Of a stretch of DNA of 64,000 nt, positions 48,555-58,916 are shown piece after piece. Source of the DNA: Bythopirellula sp. (GTDB taxonomy: Bacteria > Planctomycetota > Planctomycetia > Pirellulales > Lacipirellulaceae); contig OZ244170.1 of the NCBI GenBank assembly GCA_965216565.1, positions 3,712,001-3,776,000 on the forward strand. Direction: 5' to 3'. Made by a program: the position numbers and the translations under genes. The notes under the pieces were generated by a model. The model was given only the letters and a program-made list of their open reading frames with translations. It made no database searches and was not told the DNA's origin. Position 1 is the stretch's first letter. Each line of letters starts with the position of its first letter.

Positions 48555-49910
48555 TTAGGATTTCTCAAGTAGTCCGGAGTAGTTCCGCATGACGAGGTGG
48601 CTGTCGATTTTCTGCACCAAGTCGAATGCCACGCTGACGGCAATCAAAAGGCCCGTTCCACCGTAGAAGCTGGCTACCATGAAAGAAACGCCCAACCTGT
48701 TGGATATTAGCGTCGGGATGATCGCCACCAAAGCCAAAAAACCGGCTCCCACATAAGTTATCCGGAACATTACCTTCTCCAGGTAATCCGCAGTTCGCTT
48801 CCCAGGACGATATCCCGGGATAAACGAACCGTAGTTCTTCAGGTTGTCGGAGACATCTTTCGGGTTGAAAGTAATCGCCGTCCAGAAGAAGCAGAAGAAG
48901 TAAATCAAGCCGATATAGGACAAAACGTAGATAAACGAGTCCCGGGCGAATGCCTCACCTAGCCAGCCGAACATTCCTCCCCAGAAACTGCCGGGCTCCC
49001 AATTAATTTTGGCTAGCTGCATGAAGACGATGCTTGGCAGCATCAGCAAACTGCTAGCAAAGATGATAGGCATGACGCCTGCCTGATTCACCTTCAAAGG
49101 CAAGTACTGACGGGTACCGCCGAACACTCGCCGGCCCCGAACGTGCTTTGCACTTTGCATGGGAATCCGACGTTGGCCCAGCGTGATGTAAACCACGCCC
49201 ACAACCACGGCAACAAACATGCAGGCCAGAATCAGCAAGTCTTCGATACCCTTTTTGCCTTGTCCCGCACCTAGTTCCAATGTTGCATCGTTAATTAGCT
49301 CGAAACCGGCTCCCGGCATCTGAGCCAAAATACCAGCCATAATCAGCAGACTAATCCCGTTGCCGATGCCAAACTCATCGATTTGCTCGCCGATCCACAT
49401 TAGAAATACGGTTCCCGCAGTCATCGTTAACACGCCCGCTATCTTCCAACTAAACGGCAAGACACCGCCTACCAGATAAGCGTCGTCGATAAAGTTCACG
49501 ACGTACGTGTTCATATAGATGAAGCTTTGGATCAGGCAAATCGCAACCGTTGCATAACGGGTGTACTCGTTGATCTTCTTTTGGCCTGCTTCGCCTTCCT
49601 TTTGCAAAGCTTCCAGGGGCGGATAAACGCTGCCCAAAAGCTGAAAGATAATGGAAGCCGAAATATAGGGCATAATGCCCAAGCCAAAGATGGTGACCAT
49701 ATTCAATTGGCTGGCACTAAAGACGGCGACTTGCTGTAGCACGTCGCCCATCCCACCACCCGCTTCACTGGCGGCCCGAAGTTTGTCGGCGTCGACAATG
49801 GGTAGCGGAATTTGAAATCCCAGCCGATAGATGGCTAGCAGACCGAGGGTCAGCAGAATTTTCTGGCGCAACTCGGGAATTTGCCAAACGACACGAATCT
49901 TTTCCCACAT
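48555..49910 (-). CDS. secY: Preprotein translocase SecY
   Basis: LGIMPYISASII, GIGNGISL, AGVMPIIFA and IPGYRPG motifs. Confidence 0.98.
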   Translation of the reverse strand: MWEKIRVVWQIPELRQKILLTLGLLAIYRLGFQIPLPIVDADKLRAASEAGGGMGDVLQQVAVFSASQLNMVTIFGLGIMPYISASIIFQLLGSVYPPLEALQKEGEAGQKKINEYTRYATVAICLIQSFIYMNTYVVNFIDDAYLVGGVLPFSWKIAGVLTMTAGTVFLMWIGEQIDEFGIGNGISLLIMAGILAQMPGAGFELINDATLELGAGQGKKGIEDLLILACMFVAVVVGVVYITLGQRRIPMQSAKHVRGRRVFGGTRQYLPLKVNQAGVMPIIFASSLLMLPSIVFMQLAKINWEPGSFWGGMFGWLGEAFARDSFIYVLSYIGLIYFFCFFWTAITFNPKDVSDNLKNYGSFIPGYRPGKRTADYLEKVMFRITYVGAGFLALVAIIPTLISNRLGVSFMVASFYGGTGLLIAVSVAFDLVQKIDSHLVMRNYSGLLEKS

Positions 49911-50002
49911 GGGTGCATCCTGACTTTACATGTATCGCGAGAGGGTCGGAAGTTCAGGACAATATCGAAGGCGGGTTCGCTAATGCGATGTGACGGGGGA
50001 AG

Positions 50003-50518
50003 TTAGTTTTTGGCTGCGTTGCTCTTGGCTGCCTTTTTCTGGGCGGCAACTTTTTCGGCGACAGGCGTCTTACCAGGCACCACAACACATTCCCCACCTG
50101 CCTTTTCGATTTTCTCCTGCGCACTTTTGCTAAATCGATGAGCAGCGACTTTCAGCTTCGTCTTAATTTCGCCGTCACCAAGTACCTTGAGCACATCGAA
50201 TCGACCCCGAGCCAGATTCTTCTCAGCCAATGCTTCCAGGCTGACTTCTTCACCAGCGGAGAATGCTTCGTCAATCTGTCCGACATTCACAACTGCCACC
50301 TGGAGGGCCCAGCGATTGTTGAAACCACGCTTGGGGACCCGACGTACCAGCGGCATGGTACCGCCTTGGAAGGTTGGTTTGGAAGAGGAACCTCGGCGAG
50401 ATCCCTGACCTTTATGGCCACGACCGGAGGTCTTGCCGTGCCCCGAACCCGGGCCACGACCAATACGTTTTCGCTTTTTATTGCGGTTAATCCCGCGATG
50501 TACGTCGCTCAGAATCAT
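50003..50518 (-). CDS. rplO: 50S ribosomal protein L15
   Basis: [19 protein letters not shown] and PKRGF motifs. Confidence 0.98.
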   Translation of the reverse strand: MILSDVHRGINRNKKRKRIGRGPGSGHGKTSGRGHKGQGSRRGSSSKPTFQGGTMPLVRRVPKRGFNNRWALQVAVVNVGQIDEAFSAGEEVSLEALAEKNLARGRFDVLKVLGDGEIKTKLKVAAHRFSKSAQEKIEKAGGECVVVPGKTPVAEKVAAQKKAAKSNAAKN

Positions 50519-51036
50519 GACAAAGTCACTCCCCGCAGCCGTTCCACGTCAAATTTGGGTCGAAGTTGATTCAAAGCAGCAATAGTGGCTTTGACCAGCG
50601 GAATTGGATTATTCGAGCCGAAACTCTTCGTCAAAATATTATGAATGCCAGCAGCTTCGCAAACAGCTCGCACTGCCGAACCAGCAATCACACCAGTACC
50701 AGGCGATGCTGGCACCAGCACGACACGGGCGGCTCCGTAGGTGCCGGTCACCTGGTGAGGAATGGTTTCATCCTCGACCGGTACAGCAACCATGCTCCGC
50801 ATGCCTTCTTTAACAGCCTTTTCGACGCTGGGAGGCACTTCGTTGGCCTTGCCATAGCCCCAACCCACCTTGCCTTTGCCATCGCCCACAACGACCATGG
50901 CAGCAAAGCTAAAGCGACGACCACCCTTAACCACGGCAGCACAGCGCTTAATTTTAACGATCTTTTCCAACAACTCGCCACGCTGCTTGTCTTTGGAATC
51001 GTCGGAACGTCGTTTCTTTTTCGAGCCGGTAGCCAC
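50515..51036 (-). CDS. rpsE: 30S ribosomal protein S5
   Basis: [10 protein letters not shown] and [11 protein letters not shown] motifs. Confidence 0.98.
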   Translation of the reverse strand: MATGSKKKRRSDDSKDKQRGELLEKIVKIKRCAAVVKGGRRFSFAAMVVVGDGKGKVGWGYGKANEVPPSVEKAVKEGMRSMVAVPVEDETIPHQVTGTYGAARVVLVPASPGTGVIAGSAVRAVCEAAGIHNILTKSFGSNNPIPLVKATIAALNQLRPKFDVERLRGVTLS

Positions 51037-51112
51037 GTCGAAATACCTTTTGGGTGTCAGTAGTTAGTTGTATGTTGCCAGTTGTGCGTTGAAAGTGAAA
51101 TGCGGTCGCTCG

Positions 51113-51481
51113 TTAAAAATCCAAACCGCCAGAGCGTGCTGCTTCGGCCAAAGCTGCCACGCGACCGTGGAACTTAGACTCGCCCCGATCGAAGCAAACC
51201 TTGCTCACGCCTGCCTTGGAAGCGCGCTCGGCAATTTCCTTGCCAATCGCCTCAGCCGCGGCAATGTTGCCACCATACTTCACTTTTTTGGACAAATCTT
51301 TATCGGCAGTCGACGCACTCGCCAGCGTTTTGCCTGCCAAGTCGTCGATTATCTGCGCCGATATATTGCGATGGCTGCGAGTGACACAAAGTCGGGGTCG
51401 CTCGACAGAACCACGCGTTCGCTTACGCACGCGATAGGAGCGACGTTTGCGTTGTTTGCCAATTGCTTTGGAATGATCCAT
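51113..51481 (-). CDS. rplR: 50S ribosomal protein L18
   Basis: RPRLCVTRS and [17 protein letters not shown]. Confidence 0.97.
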   Translation of the reverse strand: MDHSKAIGKQRKRRSYRVRKRTRGSVERPRLCVTRSHRNISAQIIDDLAGKTLASASTADKDLSKKVKYGGNIAAAEAIGKEIAERASKAGVSKVCFDRGESKFHGRVAALAEAARSGGLDF

Positions 51482-51550
51482 GGTACGCTCGCAACTTTGT
51501 ATCTGATGTAGTGCTGTTTCGCAGCCTAACATCGGTTTGAACCTGCATTT

Positions 51551-51614
51551 GGTGAGTAGGTGAGTAAGTGAGTAGGTAAAAATCGAGACCTACTCACCTA
51601 CTCACTTACTCACC
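51551..51614. repeat. Hairpin with 8-nt periodic arms (GGTGAGTA x3)
   Basis: 27-nt arms, 25 of 27 positions complementary, 10-nt loop. Confidence 0.92.
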
Positions 51615-51620
51615 CCATAA

Positions 51621-52163
51621 CTATTTTGCTGTCTTACCAGCCTTGCGCCGAACTTGTTCACCTTCGTAGCGAACGCCCTTACCCTTGTAAGGCTCCGGCT
51701 TGCGTGCGGCTCGTACTTCCGCCGCAAACTGGCCGACCTTCTGTTTGTCGATCCCCTTCACCACGATGTGAGTTTGGTCGGGACACGTGACCTCGACTCC
51801 CGCTGGGATCTTCTTGTGAATCTCATTGGCAAAACCGACACGCAACTGCAGGGTATCGCCCTGCAACGCAGCCAAATAGCCAACGCCGTGCACTTCCAGC
51901 TTCTTTTCATAGCCTTCGGTAACACCAACAATCATGTTTTGCACCAACGCGCGAGTCAGCCCATGGTAGGCCCGATCTTCGCGGTCGTCTTTCTCTCGCG
52001 AAACAACGACCTCTTTGCCATCGTCCCCGACAGTGACTTTCACCTCGGGTCGGTGGCTCCAAACGAGCTTGCCAAGCTTTCCTTCGACCGTAATCTCGCG
52101 ATTGGCCACGTTGACCTTCACGCCCGAGGGAATCTCAATAGGTTTTTTACCAATTCGCGACAT
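51621..52163 (-). CDS. rplF: 50S ribosomal protein L6
   Basis: MSRIGKKP and PEPYKGKG motifs. Confidence 0.98.
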   Translation of the reverse strand: MSRIGKKPIEIPSGVKVNVANREITVEGKLGKLVWSHRPEVKVTVGDDGKEVVVSREKDDREDRAYHGLTRALVQNMIVGVTEGYEKKLEVHGVGYLAALQGDTLQLRVGFANEIHKKIPAGVEVTCPDQTHIVVKGIDKQKVGQFAAEVRAARKPEPYKGKGVRYEGEQVRRKAGKTAK

Positions 52164-52251
52164 GCTAGCTCTCAGCTTTCAGCACTCAGCACTCAGCTAC
52201 GTCAAACTTCAGCCATAACTAAGCTGAAAGCTGACCGCTGATAGCTGACCG
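52164..52251. repeat. Heptamer-arm hairpin (TCAGC/GCTGA core)
   Basis: CTCAGCT TTCAGCA CTCAGCA CTCAGCT ... AGCTGAA AGCTGAC CGCTGAT AGCTGAC. Confidence 0.9.
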
Positions 52252-52653
52252 CTACCATAGTTCACACAAAACTTCGCCGCCCAAATTCTTCTGACGTGCT
52301 TCCCGATCGCTCACCACACCACGACTGGTGCTGATGACCGAAATTCCTAATCCATTGAGGATCGGACGCAACGCATTGGCGCGACTATAGACTCGACGAC
52401 CTGGTGTACTGACCCGCTTGATATGGCGGATCACGCGTTCGCCATTGGGGCCGTACTTGAGATCGATTAACAAATTCTTACCCGGACCATTCTGGGTTTC
52501 TTCTTCGTGCCAGTCCCAGATATAACCTTCTCGCTTCAACACCTCGGCCAATCCGCGCTTTACCTTGGAATGGGGCACATGCACAATCGGACGTTCAATG
52601 CGAACGGCATTGCGGATGCGTGTGAGCATGTCGGCTATTGGGTCGGTCATCAT
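52252..52653 (-). CDS. rpsH: 30S ribosomal protein S8
   Basis: DPIADMLTRIRNA and STPGRRVY motifs. Confidence 0.98.
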   Translation of the reverse strand: MMTDPIADMLTRIRNAVRIERPIVHVPHSKVKRGLAEVLKREGYIWDWHEEETQNGPGKNLLIDLKYGPNGERVIRHIKRVSTPGRRVYSRANALRPILNGLGISVISTSRGVVSDREARQKNLGGEVLCELW

Positions 52654-52702
52654 AGTGGTTGGGTCCCTCTTGAGGGTCTTAACTTTACTCTTACTGAAGC
52701 AA

Positions 52703-52888
52703 TTACCAGCTGGCTTTTCGAACGCCGGGAATCAATCCCTTATCGGCCAGGTTGCGGAAACAAATACGGCAAATACCAAACTTGCGATATACAGCGCGAG
52801 GCCTCCCGCAAAGCCGGCAGCGGCTTTCCGTCCGAGATGAATACTTCGGCTTTTGGTTAGCCTTCGCGATTTTCGATTTACTTGCCAC
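52703..52888 (-). CDS. rpsN: 30S ribosomal protein S14 type Z
   Basis: RCRLCGR...CRICFR...KASW; GTG start. Confidence 0.97.
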   Translation of the reverse strand: MASKSKIAKANQKPKYSSRTESRCRLCGRPRAVYRKFGICRICFRNLADKGLIPGVRKASW

Positions 52889-52914
52889 GGAGGGTAAGTC
52901 CTTTCTCAAAAACT

Positions 52915-53472
52915 CTATTTAGGCGTGTCTTCTGTGCGGAAAGGCATGCCGAGTCCTCGCAGCAATTCGCGAGACTCGTCATCGGAATCTGTCGAGCAAC
53001 AGATCGCGATGTTCATACCTTGTACGCGTGTGTATTTGTCTGGATTTAGCTCCGGGAACACCAACTGTTCGTTGAGCCCCAAGCTGTAGTTGCCACGACG
53101 ATCAAACGCCTTCGGATTCAAACCGCGAAAGTCTCTCACCCGTGGCAAAGCCAAGGAAATCAATCGATCCAGGAATTCGTACATCCGGTCGCCCCGCAGT
53201 GTTACCTTGCAACCGATGGGTACGCCTTCGCGTAGCTTAAACGCGGCAACCGACTTTCGAGCCTTACAAACCTGCGGCTTTTGACCGGTGATTTCTGTCA
53301 TCGCCGACAGCGAATCTTCAATGTGCTTCTTGTCTGTAATCGCACTACCGACACCCATGCTGACAACAATCTTCTCCAGCTTGGGAAGCGACAGACGATT
53401 CTTGCGATTCAACGAACTCGAAAGCTCGGGCAAGATCTCTTTTTCGTATTTTTCTTTAAGTCGCGGGGTCAT
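52915..53472 (-). CDS. rplE: 50S ribosomal protein L5
   Basis: ITGQKP and LPRVRDFRG motifs. Confidence 0.98.
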   Translation of the reverse strand: MTPRLKEKYEKEILPELSSSLNRKNRLSLPKLEKIVVSMGVGSAITDKKHIEDSLSAMTEITGQKPQVCKARKSVAAFKLREGVPIGCKVTLRGDRMYEFLDRLISLALPRVRDFRGLNPKAFDRRGNYSLGLNEQLVFPELNPDKYTRVQGMNIAICCSTDSDDESRELLRGLGMPFRTEDTPK

Positions 53473-53574
53473 TGTTCAGGCTGTAGGCTGGGGGCTTCGA
53501 GTATTTGGTTTTAGGTTATCTCTGATTTTTCTTTGCTTGAAGCCTCAATGTCTCGAAGCCTCAAGCCTCCTGCT
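53473..53574. repeat. Degenerate heptamer-arm hairpin (AGGCT/AGCCT core)
   Basis: CAGGCTG TAGGCTG GGGGCTT ... AAGCCTC AATGTCTC GAAGCCT CAAGCCT. Confidence 0.65.
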
Positions 53575-53922
53575 TTACTTCTTCGCGTAGGCTTTGTGAG
53601 CTGGTGCAATTTCGCCAGCGTTCGCGCCGCATTTCTTGCAGAATCGCTCTTTCGCACCCTCAGCCGAGTACCGAGCACCCAACCGCGTTCTGGCATTGCA
53701 CGACTGACACACATACATGACGTTCGAAAGCTGGATCGGCATTTCTTTGCTCAGCCGGCCCCCTTGCGGATGCTTTTGGCTGCGGCGCACGTGTTTGTAA
53801 ACACGATTGACGTTTTCCACCAACGCCTTCTTGGTAGCTCGATCTATTTGGATTACGCGACTTTGCGTACCCCGATCGGCACCTGTTACCACTTCGACCG
53901 TGTCTCCTGTCCGAATCAACAT
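53575..53922 (-). CDS. rplX: 50S ribosomal protein L24
   Basis: GDTVEVVTGADRG and EMPIQLSNV; operon position. Confidence 0.96.
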   Translation of the reverse strand: MLIRTGDTVEVVTGADRGTQSRVIQIDRATKKALVENVNRVYKHVRRSQKHPQGGRLSKEMPIQLSNVMYVCQSCNARTRLGARYSAEGAKERFCKKCGANAGEIAPAHKAYAKK

Positions 53923-53924
53923 CT

Positions 53925-54293
53925 CTAAACCACCTCGTTGGCCAGACTGACGATCTTCATGAACTTGCGTTCACGCAGTTCGCGAGCAACAGCACCAAAA
54001 ATGCGCGTGCCGCGCGGGTTGTTATCTTTATCGATCAGCACAATGGCATTGGAATCGAAACGAACGTAGCTGCCGTCGTCGCGACGCGTGGGAGCCTTGG
54101 CTCGCACAATCACGCCTCGAACTACGGACTTCTTCTTCACGTCGCTGCCGGGGATTACACTCTTGACGCTGCAAATAATCACATCGCCAACGTGAGCAAA
54201 TCGACGTCGACTGCCACCCAATACCTTGATGCACATCACTTCCTTGGCGCCGGTATTGTCTGCGACGGCAAGGCGGCTTTGCATCTGAATCAT
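53925..54293 (-). CDS. rplN: 50S ribosomal protein L14
   Basis: VADNTGAK and [13 protein letters not shown] motifs. Confidence 0.98.
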   Translation of the reverse strand: MIQMQSRLAVADNTGAKEVMCIKVLGGSRRRFAHVGDVIICSVKSVIPGSDVKKKSVVRGVIVRAKAPTRRDDGSYVRFDSNAIVLIDKDNNPRGTRIFGAVARELRERKFMKIVSLANEVV

Positions 54294-54424
54294 GGTCGTG
54301 CCTTTAAAAAATCTTTTACTTCATCCCCCGGCAGAGCCGAGGGCTATTACAAACTTTCTTATCCGAACCAATCGTTTTGCCACAGTCCACTCGCCGGGGC
54401 GAGCAATGCAAGGCAAAACACCAG

Positions 54425-54739
54425 CTATTCTTCACCGTCCGCCGTGCGTGCTTCTTCTTGCTTAGCGGCAGCTCGCATCGCTGCGATGTCTACTTGCTGG
54501 CTCTTCGCCACAACCCGCACCAAATCCCAACGCTTGGTCTTCGACTTAGGAGGGCATTCAATAATCTCAACCGTATCGCCCAATTTCGACTCTTCGCTTT
54601 CGTCGTGCACATGGCAGACGGTCTTGCTGCGGATGTACTTGCCGTACTTGGGATGCTTTACCTTACGGGCGATCTCCACCCGACGGCTTTTTTGCATCTT
54701 GTCGCTGGTAACTACACCAATGAGTTGTTTCTTGGGCAT
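54425..54739 (-). CDS. rpsQ: 30S ribosomal protein S17
   Basis: [16 protein letters not shown] and SKTKRW motifs. Confidence 0.97.
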   Translation of the reverse strand: MPKKQLIGVVTSDKMQKSRRVEIARKVKHPKYGKYIRSKTVCHVHDESEESKLGDTVEIIECPPKSKTKRWDLVRVVAKSQQVDIAAMRAAAKQEEARTADGEE

Positions 54740-54757
54740 GTGTGGGGCTTTCGGCTA

Positions 54758-54976
54758 TCAGCTGTCGGTTTTCGACGCACTGGCGGCTTTTTCTCTTTCC
54801 GTCTGAATGGTCTTCACTCGCGCCACGAGACGCCGTTGCTTCCGCAATTCGCTAGGAGCATCGAGGCGATCCGTTTGCGCTTGAATATGGAAACGAAAGA
54901 GATTCTCTTTCGCATCTTTCAACGTGAGCTCCAATTGCTCGTCGCTCATGTCTCTTAATTCGGTGGCTTTAATCAT
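54758..54976 (-). CDS. rpmC: 50S ribosomal protein L29
   Basis: KATELR..S.EQL and RR.VARVKT; operon position. Confidence 0.95.
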   Translation of the reverse strand: MIKATELRDMSDEQLELTLKDAKENLFRFHIQAQTDRLDAPSELRKQRRLVARVKTIQTEREKAASASKTDS

Positions 54977-55043
54977 TGTGGCTCTCGGCTTTTGGCTTTC
55001 GGCTCGCTGTCACTTACTAGGTCACTGACAGCCAATCGCCCCT
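54977..55043. repeat. Heptamer-arm hairpin, degenerate
   Basis: GGCTCTC GGCTTTT GGCTTTC GGCT ... CACTGAC AGCCAAT CGCC. Confidence 0.7.
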
Positions 55044-55454
55044 TTACTTTCTTTTCACCATACGAACCCGAACCGGCATTTTATGCGCGAGCCGAGCAAA
55101 GCAAATCTTGGCTGCGTCCTCGCTTACGCCAGAAATCTCGTAAAGTATGGTGCCAGGTCGGACAGTCGCGGCCCAAAAATCAGGCTCGCCCTTACCCTTA
55201 CCCATACGTGTTTCCAACGGGATCGACGTGATCGACTTGTGAGGGAAAATGCGGATATACAATTTTCCCTCGCCGCGGATGTATTGCTGGGCAGCAATAC
55301 GACCGGCTTCGATCGTGGCAGCGCTAATCCACCCGCCCTCTAGGGATTGCAATCCGAAATCGCCAAAAACGACTCGGTTGCCGCGGGTCGCGTTACCTCT
55401 TATACGACCTCTTTGGCTTTTTCGGTGCTTGACCCTCTTCGGCATCAACGCCAT
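55044..55454 (-). CDS. rplP: 50S ribosomal protein L16
   Basis: [13 protein letters not shown] and TRMGKGKG motifs. Confidence 0.98.
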   Translation of the reverse strand: MALMPKRVKHRKSQRGRIRGNATRGNRVVFGDFGLQSLEGGWISAATIEAGRIAAQQYIRGEGKLYIRIFPHKSITSIPLETRMGKGKGEPDFWAATVRPGTILYEISGVSEDAAKICFARLAHKMPVRVRMVKRK

Positions 55455-56088
55455 CGGTCTCGTCCTCGTACATACCTTGGTTAATCCAAACTTGGACGCC
55501 AATATGCCCTTGGGCAGTCTTGGCCTCCTCGAAACCGTAATCGATCTTTGCTCGCAATGTGCTCAGCGGAATCGATCCGGTAATTTGCTTCTCGCGGCGA
55601 GCCATTTCGGCACCACCCAATCGACCAGCCAACTGGATCTTGATGCCTTTGGCACCCGCCTCCATGGTGGACTCCATCGCACGCTTCATCGTGCGGCGGA
55701 AACTCGATCGTTTGGCCAACTGCTCGCCAATATCCTCGGCCACCAACTGCGCTTGCAGTTCAGGCCGCGAAACTTCTTCAATCTTGATGTTAATTCGCCG
55801 GCCCACTAAGGCCTGCAGCTCGTCCTGCAACTGTTCGACTTCCTGACCTTTACGGCCAATAATCACGCCTGGTCGAGCTGCATGCAGAATCACTTTGACT
55901 TCGTCACGGGTGCGTTCAATCTCTACCTTGGGGATGCCGGCAAACTTGTGCTTCTTGTGCACAAACTTGCGAATCTTCTGGTCTTCGACCAGCAACTCGG
56001 CAAACTCTTGCTTCGAAGCATACCACCGGCTCTTCCAGCCCAGCATAATGCCCGTGCGAAAACCAATTGGATTGACTTTTTGACCCAT
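55393..56088 (-). CDS. rpsC: 30S ribosomal protein S3
   Basis: [11 protein letters not shown] and [10 protein letters not shown] motifs. Confidence 0.98.
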   Translation of the reverse strand: MGQKVNPIGFRTGIMLGWKSRWYASKQEFAELLVEDQKIRKFVHKKHKFAGIPKVEIERTRDEVKVILHAARPGVIIGRKGQEVEQLQDELQALVGRRINIKIEEVSRPELQAQLVAEDIGEQLAKRSSFRRTMKRAMESTMEAGAKGIKIQLAGRLGGAEMARREKQITGSIPLSTLRAKIDYGFEEAKTAQGHIGVQVWINQGMYEDETDGVDAEEGQAPKKPKRSYKR

Positions 56089-56177
56089 TGTTTAGCTTTC
56101 AGCTTTCAGCCCTCAGCTTTCAGCCCTCAGCCCCAACCATTGAAAGTTGATAACTGAATGCTGATCGCTAGCGGCTT
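56089..56177. repeat. Heptamer-arm hairpin (TCAGC/GCTGA core)
   Basis: TTTAGCT TTCAGCT TTCAGCC CTCAGCT TTCAGCC CTCAGCC ... TTGAAAG TTGATAA CTGAATG CTGATCG. Confidence 0.9.
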
Positions 56178-56504
56178 CTACTCAATTGAAACCTTGATGT
56201 GTGAAAATCGTTTCTTGATGATGTGTGCCATGCCGCGGGCTCGAGGTCGAACTCGCTTGAACATGGGGCCACCATCCACTCGTGCGTCGACCACTCGCAG
56301 ACCGCCTAAATTAGGAGCCCGCTGATCCTCGGCGTTTCCTAATGCGCTTTTCAGCACTTTTTCCAACATCCGTGCACCGCGTTGCGGCTGGAATCGCAAA
56401 ATCGCCAACGCTTCGTCTACCCGCTTGCCGCGAATCAAGTCCGCGACGGGGCGCACCTTCGTGGCACTAATTCGGGCGTGTCGATGAACTGCTGTGTATG
56501 CCAT
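56178..56504 (-). CDS. rplV: 50S ribosomal protein L22
   Basis: RISATKVR.VADLIRG and RPRARG motifs. Confidence 0.98.
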   Translation of the reverse strand: MAYTAVHRHARISATKVRPVADLIRGKRVDEALAILRFQPQRGARMLEKVLKSALGNAEDQRAPNLGGLRVVDARVDGGPMFKRVRPRARGMAHIIKKRFSHIKVSIE

Positions 56505-56583
56505 GGTTTAGCTCTTAGCTTTCAGCCTTCAGTTTCAGCCCTCAGCAAATTTCGCTGAACGCCGACTGCTAACCGCTCACTTA
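56505..56583. repeat. Heptamer-arm hairpin (TCAGC/GCTGA core)
   Basis: TTTAGCT CTTAGCT TTCAGCC TTCAG.. ... CGCTGAA CGCCGAC TGCTAAC CGCTCAC. Confidence 0.88.
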
Positions 56584-56850
56584 CTATTTACTTTTGCCGC
56601 CGTGGCCGCGGAAATTCCGCGTTGGCGAAAACTCACCCAACTTGTGGCCGACCATATCTTCGGTGACAAACACCTTCTGATGAATCTTGCCGTTATGGAC
56701 CATAAATGTGTGGCCAACGAATTCAGGAATGATCGTGCAAGCACGAGCCCACGTCGTGATAGGCTCTTTGATCCCCTCGTCGTTTTGCTTATCGATCTTG
56801 GCGTAAAGCTTCGGATCGACGTAAGGGCCTTTTTTTACTGAACGTCCCAT
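56584..56850 (-). CDS. rpsS: 30S ribosomal protein S19
   Basis: RSVKKGP and [13 protein letters not shown] motifs. Confidence 0.98.
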   Translation of the reverse strand: MGRSVKKGPYVDPKLYAKIDKQNDEGIKEPITTWARACTIIPEFVGHTFMVHNGKIHQKVFVTEDMVGHKLGEFSPTRNFRGHGGKSK

Positions 56851-56942
56851 GTGTTCGCTTTCAGCTTTCAGCAATTACCTTTCAGCTTGTTGCCTCAAGC
56901 TTATAAAGCTGATGGCTAACCGCTGACCGCTAACCGCTTCGA
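56851..56942. repeat. Heptamer-arm hairpin (TCAGC/GCTGA core)
   Basis: TTCAGCT TTCAGCA ATTACCT TTCAGCT ... AGCTGAT GGCTAAC CGCTGAC CGCTAAC. Confidence 0.9.
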
Positions 56943-57806
56943 CTACTTCTTCACTAATTTCAATTGACCATAACGTTTGCTGCGTCGGCGACGTACGATC
57001 GCCTTGTTCGATGGCTTGCGACGCTTCCGCGTGGCACCACCCTTTGTTGGTTTACCTTGTGGCGTTACTGGGTGACGTCCGCCCTTGGTACGGCCTTCAC
57101 CACCACCGTGCGGATGATCGACTGGGTTCATTGCTGTACCGCGAACATGAGGCCGACGCCCCAACCATCGCTTGCGACCAGCTTTGCCCAATACCACCGC
57201 GCTGTGTTCGCCATTGCTCGTGGAACCCACCGTGGCACGACAAGCCGAGGGAACACGGCGAATTTCACCGCTAGGCAACGAAAGCTGCGCCCAATCGGCC
57301 TCGCGAGCCATCAGCGTGGCACTCGTGCCGGCACTTCGGCAGAGGACTCCGCCACGGCCAGCTCGCATCTCAATGTTGTGCACCGTGGTGCCCAATGGCA
57401 TCTTGGCCAACGGCAGGCAGTTACCCACCTTGGCCGGTGCCTCGGCACCGCTCATCACCTCGTCGCCCTGCTTCAGGCCGTCCGGGGCAATGATGTAACG
57501 CTTTTCGCCGTCGACGTAATAGAGCAAAGCAATGCGAGCCGAGCGGTTGGGGTCGTACTGAATTGAGTCGACCTTCGCTGCCACACCATCCTTGTTACGA
57601 CGGAAGTCGATCAGCCGGTAGCGACGCTTATGGCCACCGCCACGATGACGCACCGTGATTTTGCCCTGGTTATTGCGACCACCCTTTTTCGTGATCGGCC
57701 GCAGCAAGCTCTTTTCAGGCTTGGCACCGGGCGTCAACTCAGCGAAGTCGCTCACCGTGGCATTACGCCGTCCGGCTGAAGTCGGTTTGTATTTGCGAAT
57801 ACCCAT
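56943..57806 (-). CDS. rplB: 50S ribosomal protein L2
   Basis: [17 protein letters not shown] and [13 protein letters not shown] motifs. Confidence 0.98.
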   Translation of the reverse strand: MGIRKYKPTSAGRRNATVSDFAELTPGAKPEKSLLRPITKKGGRNNQGKITVRHRGGGHKRRYRLIDFRRNKDGVAAKVDSIQYDPNRSARIALLYYVDGEKRYIIAPDGLKQGDEVMSGAEAPAKVGNCLPLAKMPLGTTVHNIEMRAGRGGVLCRSAGTSATLMAREADWAQLSLPSGEIRRVPSACRATVGSTSNGEHSAVVLGKAGRKRWLGRRPHVRGTAMNPVDHPHGGGEGRTKGGRHPVTPQGKPTKGGATRKRRKPSNKAIVRRRRSKRYGQLKLVKK

Positions 57807-57888
57807 GTGTGTTAGCCTTCAGTTTTCAACAACTAGCAATCAGCCATTTAAAAGCTGAATGCTGACAGCCGATCGCTGACAGCTCCCT
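57807..57888. repeat. Heptamer-arm hairpin (TCAGC/GCTGA core)
   Basis: GTTAGCC TTCAGTT TTCAACA ACTAGCA ATCAGCC ... AGCTGAA TGCTGAC AGCCGAT CGCTGAC. Confidence 0.9.
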
Positions 57889-58203
57889 TTAAAACAATTC
57901 AATGCGATGTTCCGCGTCGAGCGTGACGATCGCCTTTTTCCAATCTTTAGTGCTGCCAAACTGCATCTTCGTACGACGCGGCTTGCCCTTGCGGTTTTGA
58001 ACATGCACCTTCAGCACCTTCACCTCAAACAACTCTTCCACAGCTCGCTTCACATCGCTCTTGGTGGCCAGGCGATTCACCTGGAACGCGTAGGCATTGC
58101 AACGCGTCGAGCGATGCATTCCTTTTTCCGTCACCAGCGGCTTCAGGACCACTTGATGCGGTTCGAGCGTGAGACTTGTTTTCTGTGGAATATGTCTGGG
58201 CAT
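57889..58203 (-). CDS. rplW: 50S ribosomal protein L23
   Basis: PLVTEK, ATKSDVKRAVE and WKKAIVTL motifs. Confidence 0.97.
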   Translation of the reverse strand: MPRHIPQKTSLTLEPHQVVLKPLVTEKGMHRSTRCNAYAFQVNRLATKSDVKRAVEELFEVKVLKVHVQNRKGKPRRTKMQFGSTKDWKKAIVTLDAEHRIELF

Positions 58204-58250
58204 GGCTTAAAGCCTATCTCTTACGAATCATCTCTTAAACTAATGGCGAA

Positions 58251-58916
58251 TCAGGACTCTTCCGATTCTGCTTTCTCACCGTTGGACTTGCCTGCTGCCT
58301 TACCCTTCAATGCGTCGAGCACCTCCGTGGTCACCAGCAGCCGCTTGGCCGACAATACATTCAAAGCATTCAAATCCGAGTCGGGGCTCACCGAAACACC
58401 GGAGATGTTTCGGGCACTCTTGTAAACGTTGGCGTTGTAGCCGGGTGTCGCAATCAGCAACGAATCGTTTCCACACCCCAATCGCTCGATGATTCCTACC
58501 ATGTCGCGTGTCTTGGGTGTTTCGAACTCCAACTTGTCGACCACCGTCAGTTCGTCATCGACAATCTTCGAAGCCACCGCCATCTGCATCGCCAACCGCA
58601 AGGCCTTGCGAGGCAAGCGATACGAGTAGTCTCGATTCCGCACGTTATGAATGTGTCCACCACCACGACGAATACCACTACGACGCGAGCCAGCACGGGC
58701 ATTACCAGTACCCTTCTGGCGGTACATCTTTTTGGTTGAGCCGGCACAAAAGCCTCGACTTTTGGTCAGGTGCGAACCTTGCCGATTGTTGGCTTGGTAC
58801 ATCACCACTGCATCGTGCAACAACTGCTTGTTGATGCGCGGAGCGAGGTCGGTTGGCTCAATGGTATAGGTGCCAACCTTTTTACCCTTCGCATCGTGTA
58901 CGGCTAGTTTTGGCAT
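58251..58916 (-). CDS. rplD: 50S ribosomal protein L4
   Basis: RQKGTGNARAGS motif. Confidence 0.97.
   Translation of the reverse strand: MPKLAVHDAKGKKVGTYTIEPTDLAPRINKQLLHDAVVMYQANNRQGSHLTKSRGFCAGSTKKMYRQKGTGNARAGSRRSGIRRGGGHIHNVRNRDYSYRLPRKALRLAMQMAVASKIVDDELTVVDKLEFETPKTRDMVGIIERLGCGNDSLLIATPGYNANVYKSARNISGVSVSPDSDLNALNVLSAKRLLVTTEVLDALKGKAAGKSNGEKAESEES

Noticed and set aside
54322..54404. GC-rich hairpins in the rpsQ-rplN spacer
   Set aside because: Single occurrence in the window; I cannot distinguish REP, terminator or leader from sequence alone.
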